In this document: in pieces, positions 60,772-64,000 of the stretch
Position numbering within the stretch: the stretch's first letter is position 1
How the letters are laid out: the number at the start of each line of letters is the position of its first letter
Source of the DNA: an uncultured Jatrophihabitans sp.
GTDB lineage: Bacteria > Actinomycetota > Actinomycetes > Mycobacteriales > Jatrophihabitantaceae
Direction of reading: 5' to 3'
Length of the DNA: 64,000 bases
Assembly (NCBI RefSeq): GCF_964244045.1
Contig: NZ_CAXTHK010000004.1
Coordinates: 36,731-100,730, forward strand
The notes under the pieces: model-generated
Database searches by the model: none
What the model saw: only the letters and a program-made list of their open reading frames with translations
What the model was told of the DNA's origin: nothing
Made by a program: the position numbers and the translations under genes

Positions 60772-62991
60772 ATGGGACCCACTCCGACTCGTCCGCGGCC
60801 CAGCACCGTGCGGGCCGCGCGCTGGAGCGCCACGCACCCCTGGAAGGCGATCTCGCTGTGGCTGGTATTCGTGGCCGCCTGCATCGCGGTCGGCAGTGTC
60901 AGCGGCACGCATCAGGCGAGCGGCTTGGACCTCACGACCGGCCAGTCGGGACGCGCCGCGCACTGGCTGCACGACAGCGGACTCGAGCGGCCGGACACCG
61001 AGAACGTGCTGGTGACCGCTCGGGCCGGCGCGCTACCCGCGGTTGAGGCCCAGACGACGCTGACGCAGGCCGCACGCGGGTTGGCGCGGTTACCACTCGT
61101 GTCGGCGGTCAGCGCGCCGGTCACGTCTCGGGACGGCAGCGCGATGACGATCGCGGCCACGTTGCGCGACGCCGGCAAGGAGCAATCCGACGTCGACGTC
61201 TCGTCGTTGCAGGCCGTGACCGCGGCGGTGCAACGTGCCCATCCCGACCTGCGGGTCGAGCAGGTCGGCGCGGTATCGCTGGACACGGCCGTCAACGACC
61301 GCGTGGACGAGGACCTGTCGGCCGCGACGACATTCAGCCTGCCCGTCACGCTGGCCATCCTGCTGGTGGCGTTCGGCGCCATCGTCGCGGCCGGGGTGCC
61401 CGTGCTGCTGGCGCTGTCCGCGGTCGGTTCGGCGACCGGGCTGTCGGCGCTGGCCTCGCACCTCGTTCCCGACTCCGGCAGCACCTCAGCGATGATCCTG
61501 CTGATGGGCATGGCCGTCGGCGTCGACTACTCACTGTTCTACGTCAAGCGGGCCCGGGCCGAACGGCAGGCCGGGCACAGCGCGCTCGACGCGGTCGAGA
61601 TCGCGGCCGAGACGGCTGGGCACTCGGTGCTCGTCTCAGGATCGACCGTGGTCGTGGCGATGGTCGGCATGTATCTGACCGGCAACCTCGTCTTCGCCTC
61701 GCTGGCCACTGGGTCGACCATCGTGGTGGCCGTCGCGGTGCTGGGCTCCCTGACCGTGTTGCCGGCGGTACTGGTGAAACTGGGCCGGGCCATCGACCGG
61801 CCGCGGGTGCCGGTGCTGTGGCGTCTGACGGCCGGTGAACGCGAGCCGCGGCTGTGGCCGGCCCTGCTGCGCCCAGCCCTCGAGCGTCCCGGTCGCACGC
61901 TCACCGTCTCCGTCCTCGCGTTGGCCCTGCTCGCCCTGCCTGCGCTGGGCATGCGGCTCGCATCCGACAGCCCGGCGTCGCTGCCGAACGTCATCGCCGA
62001 GAAGCAGTCCCTCGATCGGCTGAGCACCGCGTTCCCGGACCAGAACGCCACCCAGCGGGTCGTGGTGCGAGCGCCCGCCGGGTCAGCCCCAGCGGTGGTC
62101 GGCGCGCTGGCCGACATCGCCAAGCGCGGCGCGGCCGACGGCGCGTTCGTGCCCGGTCGAGCGGACATCCGCACGTCGCGGGACGGCACGGTGCACGCGC
62201 TGACGCTCCAGGCGCCCTTCGACGCAGAATCCGGCAAAGCCCGGGCAGGCGTGACGTCCCTGCGCTCCACGCTGGTGCCGGATGCGGTCGTGCGCATTGC
62301 CGGTGCACGGTGGGCCGTCGGCGGCGACAGTGCCGATGCGATGGACGCCGATCGGCAGTTGTCGGACCGCCTGCCGTGGGTGATCGCGTTCGTGGTCGGG
62401 CTGACCATGCTGATCATGGGCTGGGTGTTCCGTTCCGTGGTGATCGCGCTGAGCACCGCCCTCGTCAACCTGCTCTCCGCGGGCGCGGCATTCGGGGCAC
62501 TCGTCGCGGTGTTCCAGAATTCCTGGGCCGAGGGTTTGCTCGGCTTCCACTCGACCGGTGCGTTGATCAACTGGATTCCGCTGTTCACGTTCGCGGTGCT
62601 GTTCGGGTTGTCGATGGACTACCACGTATTCGTGATCAGTCGGATCCGCGAGGCCGCTATGCAGGGCCTTTCGACGCGCGACGCTATCCGGATGGGCATC
62701 ACCGGATCGGCCGGCACCGTCACCTCGGCAGCGATCGTGATGATCTCCGTCTTCGCGATCTTCGCCTCGCTGCACATGATCGAGATGAAGGAACTCGGCG
62801 TCGGGCTGGCGGTGGCCGTGCTCGTCGACGCGCTGGTCGTGCGGGTGATCGTGCTGCCGTCGTTGATGATGCTGCTCGGGCGCTGGAACTGGTGGCCGGG
62901 ACGCCTGGCGTCAGTCGGCCTCGAGGGACATCGGACCGTAGATCTTGGTCCCGTCCTCGAGCAACGTGACCTGCGCGACGCCCGCGTCTGA
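60772..62991 (+). CDS. MMPL/RND family transporter
   Basis: Two TM bundles with AVGVDYSLF and GLSMDYHVF motifs. Confidence 0.92.
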   Translation: MGPTPTRPRPSTVRAARWSATHPWKAISLWLVFVAACIAVGSVSGTHQASGLDLTTGQSGRAAHWLHDSGLERPDTENVLVTARAGALPAVEAQTTLTQAARGLARLPLVSAVSAPVTSRDGSAMTIAATLRDAGKEQSDVDVSSLQAVTAAVQRAHPDLRVEQVGAVSLDTAVNDRVDEDLSAATTFSLPVTLAILLVAFGAIVAAGVPVLLALSAVGSATGLSALASHLVPDSGSTSAMILLMGMAVGVDYSLFYVKRARAERQAGHSALDAVEIAAETAGHSVLVSGSTVVVAMVGMYLTGNLVFASLATGSTIVVAVAVLGSLTVLPAVLVKLGRAIDRPRVPVLWRLTAGEREPRLWPALLRPALERPGRTLTVSVLALALLALPALGMRLASDSPASLPNVIAEKQSLDRLSTAFPDQNATQRVVVRAPAGSAPAVVGALADIAKRGAADGAFVPGRADIRTSRDGTVHALTLQAPFDAESGKARAGVTSLRSTLVPDAVVRIAGARWAVGGDSADAMDADRQLSDRLPWVIAFVVGLTMLIMGWVFRSVVIALSTALVNLLSAGAAFGALVAVFQNSWAEGLLGFHSTGALINWIPLFTFAVLFGLSMDYHVFVISRIREAAMQGLSTRDAIRMGITGSAGTVTSAAIVMISVFAIFASLHMIEMKELGVGLAVAVLVDALVVRVIVLPSLMMLLGRWNWWPGRLASVGLEGHRTVDLGPVLEQRDLRDARV

Positions 62992-63120
62992 CAGCTCGCG
63001 GAACGTCTCGCCCAGCCAGCTCTCGGCGTCGGACTGGTTCTGGAACGGCGGCTGCGCAACATCCGGGACCTCGGTCAGCTCGGTGCCGTCGGCCTGCTCC
63101 ATGCGCCACGTCCAGGTCAT
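62911..63120 (-). CDS. Small conserved acidic hypothetical protein (69 aa)
   Basis: MTWTWR..QSDAESWLGE..YGPMSL; ATG coupled to the upstream remnant stop. Confidence 0.7.
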   Translation of the reverse strand: MTWTWRMEQADGTELTEVPDVAQPPFQNQSDAESWLGETFRELSDAGVAQVTLLEDGTKIYGPMSLEAD

Positions 63121-63320
63121 GGCGTCACCTTACGGACCGCGTCCGGACGGGCGGGCACGGCGTCCGGATGCAAGATCGCCGCGAGCGCTTCGACCCCGTC
63201 AACGAGGCGCGGTCCCGGACGCACGACGAGCCCGTCGCCGTCGATTGCCCATACCGGCACGCCGGGCAGCACGTCGATGACCGGTTCGCGCCCGGCGCGC
63301 GCTAACGCACCGAACACGAA
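63117..63320 (-). pseudogene. C-terminal remnant of a cobalamin-binding ABC (BtuF-like) protein
   Basis: VPVWAIDGDGLVVRPGPRLVDGVEALAAILHP is the typical C-terminus; it lies immediately after a B12 riboswitch with the rest of the protein missing. Confidence 0.68.
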
Positions 63321-63353
63321 TCCCGCGGACCGCGACGAGACACTGGCCTGTTC

Positions 63354-63446
63354 CGCCCTGGCAGGCATTCCGACTGGCCACTCACGAGCGGCATCACGGC
63401 CGCGGGTCAGTGCCGGAGTCTCACCGGGCTTCCCCTACCAGGACAG
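63354..63446 (-). ncRNA. Cobalamin riboswitch
   Basis: Minus strand CCTGGTAGGGGAAGCCCGGTGAGACTCCGGCACTGACCCGCGGCCGTGA...CAGTCGGAATGCCTGCCAGG; B12-box motifs and closing P1 (CCTGG/CCAGG). Confidence 0.87.
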
Positions 63447-63577
63447 TTTTTGCTGAGTGCCGCGGCTGTTCCCGCGGCGGCGGAAACGTATCCCTGCGTG
63501 GCAACGACGGTCAACGTGGGGTGACGCAGTCCTCCGGGCTCACCGCTCGGTTCGTGCGGTCCGGGCATACTGGCTCG

Positions 63578-64000
63578 GTGAATGACGCCCCGATCGATCT
63601 CGTTGCGGTCGGCGAGGACGTCGAGTGGACCGACGCGGGTTGCGCCGCGCAGGTCCGTCCGCTGGCGACCACGGTTGGCGGTCGACTCGGTGAGCTGATC
63701 GAGTGGCTCGCCGCGACGCAGGGTCAGCTGCCGGTAAGCGCGCCGAAGCGAGCCCGTTGCGTGGTGCTCGGGCCGATCAGCGAGCCCGTCACAGTGCTCG
63801 CCGACGAACTCGGTGTGCAGGTCCGCGAGCTCGCCGTGGCCGACACCGAAAGCCCCGAGAGTGCCTTCGCCCTCGGGATCGCTGCGGCCGACGACGAGAT
63901 CGACTCCGGTGCTGACCTGCTGATCGTCGCCGACCCCGACGACTCGGTGGCCTCGGCGCTGATCGTTGCTGTCCTGACGGGCGCCGAACCAGTAGCCCTG
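63578..64000 (+). CDS. CobT-like phosphoribosyltransferase, N-terminal part (runs off window)
   Basis: GRLGELIEWLAATQG, AFALGIAAADDEIDSGADLLIV, AVLTGAEPVAL; CATACT-N6-GTG; syntenic with Rv2207. Confidence 0.7.
   Translation, partial: MNDAPIDLVAVGEDVEWTDAGCAAQVRPLATTVGGRLGELIEWLAATQGQLPVSAPKRARCVVLGPISEPVTVLADELGVQVRELAVADTESPESAFALGIAAADDEIDSGADLLIVADPDDSVASALIVAVLTGAEPVAL

Overview
Chromosomal segment of a high-GC actinomycete. The backbone follows the Mycobacterium Rv2172c-Rv2207 / Streptomyces SCO2103-2175 gene order: metF, crtB plus lycopene cyclases, Rv2175c-like, PASTA kinase, class II DAHP synthase, pfkA, RNase AS, plsC, glk, fadD15, pimB, NlpC/P60, DEDD exonuclease, trpD, ctaE-qcrCAB, ctaF/ctaC, asnB, adoK, iscA, DUF3043, cobT-like. 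An accessory stretch at about 11.5-27.9 kb carries HelD, a short family-A DNA polymerase, an extra Lsr2, hydrolases, a class I aldolase and several internally deleted or frameshifted gene remnants. A two-component system/MMPL module lies at 58.9-63 kb. Two riboswitches are visible: c-di-AMP upstream of the NlpC/P60 gene, and cobalamin upstream of a truncated B12-binding protein gene. The most striking unexplained structure is a family of MIRU-like intergenic cassettes (65, 77 and 101 bp). Each is a mini-ORF starting M-S-D-A-C/W-G-A-N that ends in a 4-nt RTGA overlap with the next start codon, and all but the leader copy at aroH also start in an RTGA overlap with the upstream stop. All three junctions of the ctaE-qcrC-qcrA-qcrB operon are bridged by such coupled mini-ORFs. 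Two unrelated REP-like palindrome families also occur. No tRNA, rRNA, CRISPR or transposase was seen. All family assignments come from motif recognition and recalled synteny, not from database searches.
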